The position numbers and the translations under genes are program-made. Below, in pieces: positions 30,060 through 39,349 of a stretch of DNA of 64,000 bases (position 1 is its first letter; each line of letters begins with the position of its first letter). The DNA is taken from positions 64,001 through 128,000 of the forward strand of contig CAWGJT010000013.1 of assembly GCA_963822965.1 (NCBI GenBank), read 5' to 3'. This stretch comes from an uncultured delta proteobacterium (lineage in GTDB: Bacteria > Myxococcota_A > UBA9160 > UBA4427). The notes under the pieces are model-generated. The model was not told where the DNA came from. It ran no database searches and saw only the letters and a program-made list of their open reading frames with translations.

Positions 30060-31553
30060 TCAACGCGTGACGCGCCAGATACGAAGGCGATCGCTCCCGG
30101 TCACGGCGAGGTCGAGCACGGGCTCGCGCCGGGGTACCTCGAGCGCGAGGAAGAGCTTGTTCTCCAGGGCGTTGCGGCGCCAGAACTCGCTGTCGCTGCG
30201 ATCGAGGAAGACCACGTAGAAGGACCCGCTCTGCTCGAGCAGGCGATGGAGCTCGGGTCGGGCGAGCCCCTCGCGCCGCAGGACCACGCGATTCCCGTAG
30301 ACGAGGTCGATGAACTTCCCGGTGGCGCGCCAATTGGTGACGATCACCGAGCCTTCCTCGGTGTTCTCGTAGATGGCGTCGCGGATCGCGGCCTGCTCGC
30401 CCGCCCAGCGCCCGTGCACCCACTGGACGCCCACCAGAAGGAAGGCGAGCGCCACCAGTGCGGCCACGAGCGCGGCGCCGCCGAAGGCGTCCAGCCAGCG
30501 CCGTCGCGGGAGGGGCGCGCGCTCCCGCAGCCACGCCGCCAGTCGCGGCCACACCTCGCCGGACGCGAAGGCGAGCACCGGCAGCAGCGGGATGAAGTAG
30601 CGCGGCCCGAGCACCAGGCGCTTGACCCAGCCGCTCGGCTCGGCGCTGTACGCGTACAGCAGGTGGAGGGTCACGAAGGCGGCGACGGTGACGACGATCT
30701 CGGGGCGGCGACGGCCGCGATAGGCGAGACCCGCGACGAGCCCGCCCGGCACGAGCACCAGCAGCGAGAGCAGGTAGACGGGCGCCGTGTCGGCGATGGA
30801 AGAGAGCGAGAAGGCGTCCGGCGACTTGAGGAAGAACGGGTCGCCGAAGAAGAGCCCCGCCGAGACCCCCCGCACGGAGACCCCCAGCACGCCCCCGACC
30901 ACGAGCGCCGACCAGCCGGCGTCGCGCCGCACGAGCGATCCCAGGAAGAGCGGCGCGAAGAGCAGGACGTTCGCCTCCCGGAACGCCAGGGAGAAGCCGG
31001 CCAGGAAGCCCGCGCCGATCCACGCCGGGAAGCCCCGCGAGAGCCCGCGCCAGTAGAGGAGCAGGCCCCCGGCCACCACCGCGAGGCTCGGCGCCTCGCT
31101 CATGGCGACGCGCCCCATCACGAGGGTCGAGGGGTAGGCGAGCACGAGCAGCGCCCACAGGGGCGAGCGCGCTTCCTCCCGCAGCCAGCGCGCGGTGGCG
31201 GCGACACCCAGCAGGGTGCAGAGCAGGGGCAGCAGCCAGGCCGCGTCGCGACCGCCGAGGGCGACGAAGGGTGCCAGCAGGAGCGCCGTGCCCAGGGGAT
31301 AGTCGTTGATGGGACGCATCTCCGCCGGAGCGCCCGTGAAGGGATCGATGATCTCCACCGACCGGGTCCCGGCAAGGACGAGCTGCGCCTGGCGGAGGTA
31401 GGTGCCCTCGTCGGCGACGGTCACGCCAGCGGGATAGAAGAGCAGAAAGGCGCCGGCATAGACACCCAGCATCCCGGCCACCAGCCACTTCGCCCGGGAC
31501 GGCTCGAAGAGCCGCAATCCCCGCGCTGCGAACCCGTCCGGCATGGGGCGCAT
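30060..31553 (-). CDS. ArnT/PMT-like (GT-C) membrane glycosyltransferase
   Basis: VADEGTY after TM1, YPLG, MSE, FREAN, GPRYFIPL. Confidence 0.72.
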   Translation of the reverse strand: MRPMPDGFAARGLRLFEPSRAKWLVAGMLGVYAGAFLLFYPAGVTVADEGTYLRQAQLVLAGTRSVEIIDPFTGAPAEMRPINDYPLGTALLLAPFVALGGRDAAWLLPLLCTLLGVAATARWLREEARSPLWALLVLAYPSTLVMGRVAMSEAPSLAVVAGGLLLYWRGLSRGFPAWIGAGFLAGFSLAFREANVLLFAPLFLGSLVRRDAGWSALVVGGVLGVSVRGVSAGLFFGDPFFLKSPDAFSLSSIADTAPVYLLSLLVLVPGGLVAGLAYRGRRRPEIVVTVAAFVTLHLLYAYSAEPSGWVKRLVLGPRYFIPLLPVLAFASGEVWPRLAAWLRERAPLPRRRWLDAFGGAALVAALVALAFLLVGVQWVHGRWAGEQAAIRDAIYENTEEGSVIVTNWRATGKFIDLVYGNRVVLRREGLARPELHRLLEQSGSFYVVFLDRSDSEFWRRNALENKLFLALEVPRREPVLDLAVTGSDRLRIWRVTR

Positions 31554-31633
31554 CTTATCGGGTTCACTCGACCGGAGCGCCCCTGCTAGACTCGTCGACC
31601 ACGTCGCACGAACCGAGAGGCAGCAGGCATCGC

Positions 31634-33673
31634 ATGAATACCCGTCCCGGGTTTCGTGGCGGCTGGGTGATCCTCTTCGTCGCATGCGTGCTGCTGCTCT
31701 CCGGCATCGACGCGCTGCTGCTCGAGATCTCACAGACCTTCTTCACGGCCGGCTTCAACGGCGCCTACATCGAGGGCGCGGGGCCGATCGCCGCCTTCGC
31801 GGCGATCAGCCTGCTGGCGGACGCGTGCCTGATCCTCTTCGTCTGGACCGCGACGCTCTCGCTCTTCTCGATCCGGCGCGGAACCGCAGCGCAGAAGGCC
31901 GTGATCGCGGCCTCGGCCGCCCTCGCCGTGCCCCTCTCGATCGACTTCGTCCGCTTCCAGGTCGGCTCGACCCTCGGCCGCATGGTGTCGATACCCATCC
32001 TGTGGGAGGTGGCGGGCGGCGGCCTCCGCCAGGTGCTCGGCGAGGCCGCGCTCCACGCCGGCCCGCTCGCAGCCGTCGTCGCCGGCGCCAGTCTCGCGGT
32101 CGCGCTCGTCGTCTGGACCCTGGGCCGCGTGCAGCGCGGGACGGGGCGCGATCTCGGCTTCGCAGCTCCGAAGGTCCGCCGGCTGTGGGCCGTGACGGGC
32201 GGGCTCTTCGTGCTGGCCTCCGTCGCGCTGGTGGCGACGTCGCGCATCGAGCCGCGCCTCTACGCGGGCCTGTCCGTCAAGCCCAGCGGCTCGCTGCTGG
32301 TGGGCGCCATCCAGGTCGTGACCGACGTGGACCGCGACGGCTTCGGGCTCCTGGCCCGTCCCGCCGACCCCGACCCATTCGACGCCTCGCGCAATCCATT
32401 CGCTCTCGACCTGCCCGGCAACGGGATCGACGAGGACGGAGCGGCCGGCGACCTCCCGACGGACGTCGCCCCGCCGCCGACCGTCGAGGCCGTCGGGCCC
32501 GACCCGCGCGACACGCGGCGTCCCGACTTCCTGCTCGTCTTCCTCGAGAGCTTCCGCGCCGACCTGCTGGGCCGCGAGCGCAACGGCCGCGAGATCACGC
32601 CCTTCCTGAACGCGCTGGCGCGCGAAGGGACGAGCAGCCGGCAGGCCTGGGTCAACAGCCCCTACACGATCTGGTCGCGCGCACAGCTCTTCGGAGGCCG
32701 CCTCGACCCGAGCTACGACCAGAAGACCCTGATCGACGACTTCCACGAGCGCGGCTACACGGTGGCCTACTTCTCGGGACAGGACGACTCGTTCGGCGAC
32801 AGCGCCGACCTGCTGGGCACCGGGCGCGCCGACCACTTCTATGACGCCCGGGAGGACGAAGATCGCCGCACGTCGCGCAGCGCCAGTGCCGGCAGCCTGC
32901 AGATCTCCTGGAAGCTCCTGCTCGAACGCGTGGACGCGTACCTCGACGACTACGACCCGGCGCGCCCGCTCTTCCTCTACGTGAACATCGTCGACACGCA
33001 CTTCCCGTACAACCACGACGAGCTCGACGACCTGCTCGGCGTGCCGACGATCGACCGCTACGCGATCCGCGCCGACAACGCCGAGGCGGTGCGGACCACC
33101 TACGACAACACGGCGGCCAACGTCGATCGGGCGATCGAGCGGCTCGTGGCGCGCTTCCGCGGGACCATCGACGACCGCGACCACGCCATCCTCGTCGTCT
33201 CCGACCACGGCCAGGCGCTCTTCGACCGCGGCTTCCTCGGTCACGGCCAGTCGCTCACCGCGGAGCAGACGCGGACCCCGTTCGTCCTGTGGGGCGTGGG
33301 CGGCGAGTGGCCGGAGCCGCTCGGCATGTCCGACGTACGCGGGCTGCTGACGCGCAATCTCTTCGTGCCGCGCGGCGACGGCGTCCCGCGCGCGCGCTTC
33401 GTCCCCGACCGGAAGCGGGGCATCTTCGAGTACATGGCGCAGATCCACCACCCCCATCTCATCGGCCTGCGCACGCTCGGCGGGCTCACGAGCTACGACC
33501 TCGATCGCGGGGACGTCGAGCTCTTCGGCCCCGGCGACGTTCCGCTCGAGCCGGACGCGGCCACCCGCCGGAAGGCCTTCGACCAGCTCATCTGGACCTG
33601 GGAGGCGGCTCGTCTGGACGAGGAGCGCGGGGACCACGCGCGCCCTCGCCGTCGGCAGCCCGGACCGGCTTGA
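31634..33673 (+). CDS. Membrane-anchored LtaS/MdoB/sulfatase-like transferase
   Basis: About 5 N-terminal TMs, LVFLESFRAD, TPFL, PYTIWS (Thr nucleophile position), DTHFPY, SDHG, GHG. Confidence 0.78.
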   Translation: MNTRPGFRGGWVILFVACVLLLSGIDALLLEISQTFFTAGFNGAYIEGAGPIAAFAAISLLADACLILFVWTATLSLFSIRRGTAAQKAVIAASAALAVPLSIDFVRFQVGSTLGRMVSIPILWEVAGGGLRQVLGEAALHAGPLAAVVAGASLAVALVVWTLGRVQRGTGRDLGFAAPKVRRLWAVTGGLFVLASVALVATSRIEPRLYAGLSVKPSGSLLVGAIQVVTDVDRDGFGLLARPADPDPFDASRNPFALDLPGNGIDEDGAAGDLPTDVAPPPTVEAVGPDPRDTRRPDFLLVFLESFRADLLGRERNGREITPFLNALAREGTSSRQAWVNSPYTIWSRAQLFGGRLDPSYDQKTLIDDFHERGYTVAYFSGQDDSFGDSADLLGTGRADHFYDAREDEDRRTSRSASAGSLQISWKLLLERVDAYLDDYDPARPLFLYVNIVDTHFPYNHDELDDLLGVPTIDRYAIRADNAEAVRTTYDNTAANVDRAIERLVARFRGTIDDRDHAILVVSDHGQALFDRGFLGHGQSLTAEQTRTPFVLWGVGGEWPEPLGMSDVRGLLTRNLFVPRGDGVPRARFVPDRKRGIFEYMAQIHHPHLIGLRTLGGLTSYDLDRGDVELFGPGDVPLEPDAATRRKAFDQLIWTWEAARLDEERGDHARPRRRQPGPA

Positions 33674-36204
33674 GCGACCTCACGCGACTCGGGCGCTGGC
33701 TTCGGCTCGGCGCGATCGCGCTCTGCGCGCTCGGCCCGCTCGCTTGCGGCGACGCCGACGAGGCGCCGTTCCGGCAGGTCGTCGATCGCGAAGCCGGAGC
33801 CGGCGTCGGGGCGGACGACCCGGCCAGCCGGGACGCCCTCTTCCTCGCCAACGTCGAGCGCTTCTACGCGCGCTACCGCCTTCCGCCCGGCGGCCTCACG
33901 CTGCCCGACAGTGTCGGTCACGCCGCCGAAGGCTTCGTGGCGCGGCTCTTCGAGCAGGCTGACGCCTTGGCGTCCGCACGCGGCGACGACCGCATGCGGG
34001 CCACGGACGTGGAGCGCGCGATGCAGGACGCGCTCCCGCAGGAGACCGATGCGAGGGGAGACCTGGTCTTCTTTCCGAAGCTCGCGGCGGACGAACGCGT
34101 CGTGGTCGATCCCCTGGATCCGGAGTCGTTCTTGCGACTCGGCATGCCCTGGCGACTGCTTCGCGTGATGCTCGACCTGCAGCGCGTACAGCCGAAGCAC
34201 GAGCCCGACGCCGCGTCCGCCCGGCGCCTGGCGGACGCACTCGCGCGCTACGGGGTGCTGCTGCTGCGGATCGCCGGCAACGAGGCCCGCGACGCGCGCG
34301 GGACTCCGGCTGCGTTCGTCTCCGGCGCACAGGTGCAGACGGCGGCGGCCGAGATCATACGACGCGCGGAAGCGAGCCGCGGCCTCTCGCCGGCGAGCCC
34401 CCCGGCGACCCCCGATCTCCCGGCGACCCCCGTCGCCACGACGGGCGGCGCAGACGCCACGCCCCTCTTCACCGACGTCACGCGGGAGGCGGGCATCGAC
34501 TTCGCGCACCGTTCCTCCCGTTGGCTGGGCCGTTTCCGGCGCGCCGTTCCCGTAACGCCTCCGACGTTCGCCGGGGGAGGCGTCGCCGCCGGCGACCTCG
34601 ACGGAGACGGGCGGGACGACCTCCTCTTCGTCGGCGGGGGCGGCAACGTGCTCTACCACAACGAAGGGGACGGCCACTTCCGGCGCGACCCGCGCACCGC
34701 GCAGCTGCAGGCGCCCGGCCGGGACGGCCTCCCGGGCGAAGCGCGTCAGCCCCTCGTCGCCGACTTCGACAACGACGGCCGTGAGGACGTCTTCGTCGGC
34801 TACGTGGACGCACCCCACCGGCTCTGGCGCAACACCGGCCGGACGTTCGAGGACGTCTCGGCGGAGGCGGCCCTCGGCGGCAGCGGCCTCGTGGTCGGCC
34901 CGGCCGTCGCCTTCGACTTCGACCGCGACGGGCTGCTCGACCTCTACCTCTGCTACTACGGCGACTACCTGAAGTCCTTCGATCCGGCGGTCGTCCCCAC
35001 CGCCGACACCCTGGCCGGAGATCTGCCACCGCAGAACGGCGATGCGAGGAACGGGCTGCCCAACCGTCTCTTCCGCAACGTCGGCCACATGCGCTTCGAG
35101 GCGGTCGCCGACAGCGGGACGGAAGACACCGGGTGGTGCCAGGCGGCAACCCACACGGATCTCGATGGCGACGGCTTCGAAGACCTCGTCATCGCCAACG
35201 ACTCCGGGCGAAACCGCCTGCTTCGCAACCGCGGCCCCGTGGGCGACGGCCCCCGCTTCGAAGACGTCTCCGACCGGCTGGGCGACGATCCGGGATCCCA
35301 CTCGCGGAGCGTCGCGGTGGCGGACCTGAACCGCGACCGCCTGCCCGATCTCTTCTTCTCGAACACCAACCTCTTCCGGCACACGGTGGGCTTGGCGACG
35401 CCGCCCCGCGCGAGACGGCGCAAGCTCGACCCTGCGTCGATTCCGGGCGTCGAGGTCGTGGAGACGAGCAACCTCTATCGGTCCGTCGCCGACGGCGACG
35501 GCCGGCTCGCGGGCTATCAGGACTCCCCGACCTTCGAGCGGGGCAATCAGCTCGGCTGGGCGTCGGGCGCCGGGTTCTTCGACTACGACGCGGACGGCGA
35601 CGAGGATCTCTACGTGGCGAACGGCTCCCACGCGTCCTTCGATCAGCTCACGGCGCGGGACGTGAAAGGCGAGATCGTCTACGGCTGGAACGTCGAGCCC
35701 AACGTCCTCTATCGAAACGATCTGGGTACGTTCCGGATCGTCCCGCCCGGCAACGGCGCCGATTACGCCGGCAACAGTCGCAGCGTCGTGTATCTCGACT
35801 ACGACGGGGATGGAGACCTCGACATCGCGGTCTCGGACTTCCAGGAGCCCGCGCACCTGCTTCGCAACGACCTGGCCGCGGGTGCCTCCGGCCGACACTG
35901 GATCCGGATCCGGCTCCAGGGCGATCCGACCGCCGGCTCGAACCGCGACGCCATCGGCGCCCGCCTGATCGCGCAGGCGCCCGGCGGCACCGAGATGTGG
36001 CGCGAGGTGCAGGGCGGCTCGGGCTTCGAGTCGATGGAGCCCCGGACCCAGCACTTCGGTCTCGGCAAGGCCACCGAGGTGGACCTGGACATCCGCTGGC
36101 CGGGCGGACAGCGCCAGCAGGTGAAGGGCATCGCCGCGGACCGCACCTGGCTGATCGAAGAGGGCCGGGTACCGGTCGAGGTGGACCCGGGGAGGCCGCG
36201 ATGA
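33670..36204 (+). CDS. CRTAC1-family FG-GAP/VCBS repeat lipoprotein with ASPIC/UnbV domain and an N-terminal helical domain
   Basis: TTG start, lipobox PLAC; FTDVTREAGI, repeated DxDxDGxxDL, C-terminal SNRDAIGAR...GGSGF...HFGLG...IRWPGG. Confidence 0.85.
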   Translation: MSDLTRLGRWLRLGAIALCALGPLACGDADEAPFRQVVDREAGAGVGADDPASRDALFLANVERFYARYRLPPGGLTLPDSVGHAAEGFVARLFEQADALASARGDDRMRATDVERAMQDALPQETDARGDLVFFPKLAADERVVVDPLDPESFLRLGMPWRLLRVMLDLQRVQPKHEPDAASARRLADALARYGVLLLRIAGNEARDARGTPAAFVSGAQVQTAAAEIIRRAEASRGLSPASPPATPDLPATPVATTGGADATPLFTDVTREAGIDFAHRSSRWLGRFRRAVPVTPPTFAGGGVAAGDLDGDGRDDLLFVGGGGNVLYHNEGDGHFRRDPRTAQLQAPGRDGLPGEARQPLVADFDNDGREDVFVGYVDAPHRLWRNTGRTFEDVSAEAALGGSGLVVGPAVAFDFDRDGLLDLYLCYYGDYLKSFDPAVVPTADTLAGDLPPQNGDARNGLPNRLFRNVGHMRFEAVADSGTEDTGWCQAATHTDLDGDGFEDLVIANDSGRNRLLRNRGPVGDGPRFEDVSDRLGDDPGSHSRSVAVADLNRDRLPDLFFSNTNLFRHTVGLATPPRARRRKLDPASIPGVEVVETSNLYRSVADGDGRLAGYQDSPTFERGNQLGWASGAGFFDYDADGDEDLYVANGSHASFDQLTARDVKGEIVYGWNVEPNVLYRNDLGTFRIVPPGNGADYAGNSRSVVYLDYDGDGDLDIAVSDFQEPAHLLRNDLAAGASGRHWIRIRLQGDPTAGSNRDAIGARLIAQAPGGTEMWREVQGGSGFESMEPRTQHFGLGKATEVDLDIRWPGGQRQQVKGIAADRTWLIEEGRVPVEVDPGRPR

Positions 36205-37197
36205 GCCGGCGCCGTTCGCCGCTGGCAGTCGTCACCATCGTGTGTCTTCTGCTGTCCGCCTCCACGCCGGCGACGACGCGCGCGGGCGAGGAGACGCTCG
36301 CAGGCGAAGCTCCTCCTGCGCCCGCGCAGGCGGACGGCGCGCCGGATGCGGCAGGCGCTTCTCACAGCCGCAGGCGCTTCTCAAGCCGCAGGCGCTTCCC
36401 AAGCCCCAGGCGCTCCCCGAGGCCCGGGTGCTTCCGAAGGTGCTGGCGACGCGGAGGCCGACCGGCGCTACTACGCGGCCTGGGGAATCTCGCCGACCGA
36501 CCCGGACCTCCAGTCGGCGTACGGCAGGCAGCTGCTGCAGATCGGCGACCGCGCCGGTGCGCGCGCCGCCTTCGACACCGCCCTCCGGGTGGATCCCGAC
36601 GACCCGGGCGCCCACTTCGGCTACGGGCTCCTGATGCTCTCCCAGCGCCTCTTCGAGCCGGCGCTCGAGCACTTCCTCGCGGTGGCGGCGGCGGGTCCCT
36701 CGCCGTGGGAGGCCACCGCGCACACGCGAGCGGGCCAGATCCTCGGGCAGCTGGGTCGAAGCGACGAGGCGCTCACCCACTTCCAGCGGGCGGTCGAGCT
36801 CAACCCGGACCAGGCCGAGACGCAGTTCAACCTGGGGCTCGCCCTGCGACGCCACGAGCGCAGAGCGGAGGCCCTCCCCCACCTCGAGCGGGCCGTCGCA
36901 CTCGATCCCGACCTGTTCCCCGCCGAGCGGGAGCTGGCCTGGGTGCTGATGGGCCTGGGCCGTCCCCGGGAAGCGGTCGACCACTACGAGGCTCTCCTCC
37001 CCCGCGGCAAGCTGGATCCCACGCTCCTGCGCGACCTGGCCGCGGCCTACGACGCGGCCGGCGACGCCGACCGCGCTCGCGCGACCCTCGCGCGCGCGCT
37101 CGAGCTGGCTCGCAGTCACCCCCGCTATCGTGACCTGGCCGAGCAGCTCGAGCGGATGCTCGCCGCGAACGCAGCGGCGCGAGATCGCAAGCGCTGA
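36201..37197 (+). pseudogene. Secreted TPR protein, frameshifted inside an 18-nt repeat (~36365)
   Basis: Signal peptide in one frame and six TPR-like units in another; removing the extra C in repeat unit 1 joins them. Confidence 0.75.
36351..36441 (+). repeat. 18-nt tandem repeat x5 (degenerate), AGASQA-type
   Basis: gcaggcgcttctcacagcc (19 nt) / gcaggcgcttctcaagcc / gcaggcgcttcccaagcc / ccaggcgctccccgaggc / ccgggtgcttccgaaggt. Confidence 0.8.
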
Positions 37198-37338
37198 GCG
37201 CGGACGGCGCGGCTCGCGGAAGGGATCTGCCACGAGATCCGGGCTAGACTGACCGACCCGCCCCCCCCGGCGTCTCTCGGCTCCAGCGGGTCGAAGACCG
37301 GGGCGGCCGCGCGGCCGTCGTCAGCCGGGGGCTCGATC

Positions 37339-38922
37339 TTGACCACGCCCAGCCACGAACCGCGAGTCAGCGCCCGGGCGGCCGCCTCCGATTTGCTGAC
37401 GCCGACCGCGCTCTCCCTCGCGGCCGCGGCCGCGCTGGCCTTCGCATACCGTGATCTGCTCTCGTTCGGCGCACGCGCGGGCGTGCGGCAGGGCGTCGAG
37501 TACTGGATGTTCGTCCCGAACGATCGCGCGCCGATCGTGGCCATCTGCATCAGCGCGTGGCTCGTGTGGCGACGCTGGCCCCGCTTGAAGGCCCTGCCCC
37601 GGTCCGGAGCCGGTCCCGGAGCGGTGGCCGTCGCGTTCGCGATCGGCGCCGCCATCCAGGCCTGGGCGATCCACGTCCAGGCCCAGGACCTGCAAGCGTT
37701 CTCGCTGATGGCGAACGCCGCCGGGATCGTGCTGCTCACCTGGGGCGCTCCCGGGCTTCGCCTGATGGCGCTCCCGATCGCCTTCCTGGTCTTCGCCATC
37801 CCGCTCCCCGCTCCTGTGCTCGTGACCCTGCTGTGGAAGCTGCGCTTGTTCACCGCCCAGTACACGGGCTGGCTCCTCTACATGCTGGGCATCCCGTCCC
37901 TGGTCTCGGGCGACCAGATCCTGGGCGCCTCCCAGAGCTTCCAGGTGGTGGAGGGCTGCAGCGGTCTGCGGTCCGTCGAAACCCTGACGATGCTGGTGGT
38001 GCTGCTGATCGAGCTCTTCGGTCGCGGTGGCCTGCACGCGTTCCTGCTGCTCGTCTCGGCGCCGTTGGTGGCCCTTGCGCTGAACGGCGTCCGGGTGCTC
38101 ACCCTGGTGCTGAATCCCACCTCCGATGTCGTCGCCATTCACAGCCTGCAGGGGATCGCGATCCTGCTCGTCGGCCTGCTGCTCGTCTACGGCTTCGACG
38201 GCCTGCTGGCGCGCTGGCTCCCGAAGCGAGCCGCGGCGGGAGCCTCCCCGGCGCGCGAGCCCGGCCGGACCCATGCTCCGGGCTCACTCGTCCCAGCCGG
38301 TACCGCGCTGGCCGTGGGGCTCGTCACCGCCAGCTTTGCGCTCTGGGTTCCCGTGTGGAACGGGCCGCGCCCCCCCCACACCCTCACCGCCGCCGTCGAC
38401 GGTGCGCTGGCAGGGGTTCCGTACGACACGGTCGCCGCGGACGACTACTTCCTCGGCCACGTGGCGTTCCGCGAGGCGCTCGACCGCCGCTACCGTCTCG
38501 ACCGCTTCTCCTGGGTCGAGGTCTTCGCCGGGGCCGGCGACATCACCGACCGCCGCACCAGCATCCTCTCCCCGATCACCGCCAGACCCGGAAGTGGCTG
38601 GAATCGCCTGCATTCCGGCCACACCGACCTGACCCGGGAGGGCCCCCGGGTGGCCTGGTCGGTGATGCAGAAGGGAGTCGACCGGCGCCTCGTCTACCAC
38701 TGGCACATCGGCCTCGACCCGCTCTGGCTCGAGACGCTGCGGTCCTTCCTGGGGCTGGATAGCAGCGGGCTCCAGCGCCACCATCCCGTGCTGACGGTGC
38801 GGCTCAGCACCCCCGTCGACCTCTCGGAGAACGGGCGTGCACAAGCCGAGCGCCGTCTCCGGGACATGTACGAGCAGCTACAGCCCGCCCTGGCGACCGC
38901 CAGCATCTACCCCGCGGGGTAA
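37339..38922 (+). CDS. Exosortase (EpsH family) fused to an EpsI-like domain
   Basis: About 8 TMs, FLVFAIPLP, catalytic triad VVEGCSGLRS / LNGVRV / IHSLQG; soluble C-terminal domain with LVYHW. Confidence 0.9.
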   Translation: MTTPSHEPRVSARAAASDLLTPTALSLAAAAALAFAYRDLLSFGARAGVRQGVEYWMFVPNDRAPIVAICISAWLVWRRWPRLKALPRSGAGPGAVAVAFAIGAAIQAWAIHVQAQDLQAFSLMANAAGIVLLTWGAPGLRLMALPIAFLVFAIPLPAPVLVTLLWKLRLFTAQYTGWLLYMLGIPSLVSGDQILGASQSFQVVEGCSGLRSVETLTMLVVLLIELFGRGGLHAFLLLVSAPLVALALNGVRVLTLVLNPTSDVVAIHSLQGIAILLVGLLLVYGFDGLLARWLPKRAAAGASPAREPGRTHAPGSLVPAGTALAVGLVTASFALWVPVWNGPRPPHTLTAAVDGALAGVPYDTVAADDYFLGHVAFREALDRRYRLDRFSWVEVFAGAGDITDRRTSILSPITARPGSGWNRLHSGHTDLTREGPRVAWSVMQKGVDRRLVYHWHIGLDPLWLETLRSFLGLDSSGLQRHHPVLTVRLSTPVDLSENGRAQAERRLRDMYEQLQPALATASIYPAG

Positions 38923-39028
38923 GCCGGCGGGTCGATCTACCACGTGCTGCGCGTGATTACTACGATTGCCCATATTGAGAAAACCGGTTCCCAACCCCAT
39001 TCGGCCCGGAGAACCTGAATTCCTTTGA

Positions 39029-39041
39029 ATTCAATGACTTG
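39029..39041 (+). promoter_or_regulatory. Probable IHF binding site
   Basis: ATTCAATGACTTG has one mismatch to WATCAANNNNTTR and lies just upstream of the -24 element. Confidence 0.55.
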
Positions 39042-39057
39042 AGTCCCTTCCGGGAAT

Positions 39058-39073
39058 GGGCACGCGCATTGCT
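39058..39073 (+). promoter_or_regulatory. Sigma-54 (-24/-12) promoter
   Basis: GGGCACGCGCATTGCT: GG-N10-GC, close to TGGCACG-N4-TTGCW, in an AT-richer intergenic region. Confidence 0.8.
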
Positions 39074-39349
39074 TATGTGAGACACGTGAAGCAAGGGGTA
39101 GGTCCCGCTCCGGGCCCGGCAGAGCGTTGGGGTCCGAGGGGGCGGGAACGACGATGGCAGCCAGGGATCGCAGGAACGGCGTCCGAAAATCGTCTTGACC
39201 TGTTTAGCGGATGGGTGATACGACAGTGAAGAAGAAGTTGCTTTCGTCAGCCCGGCTACGCAGAGTGATAGGCTAGCTCGACAGTAGGCTGAACCAGCTC
39301 CGCCAGGCATCACGAGGATGTCGGGCAGGCTCAAAGGAGAAGCAAGAAG

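Noticed and set aside
39085..39340. Known riboswitch (e.g. c-di-GMP) in the long leader
   Set aside because: No recognisable conserved motif by eye; left open for a covariance-model search
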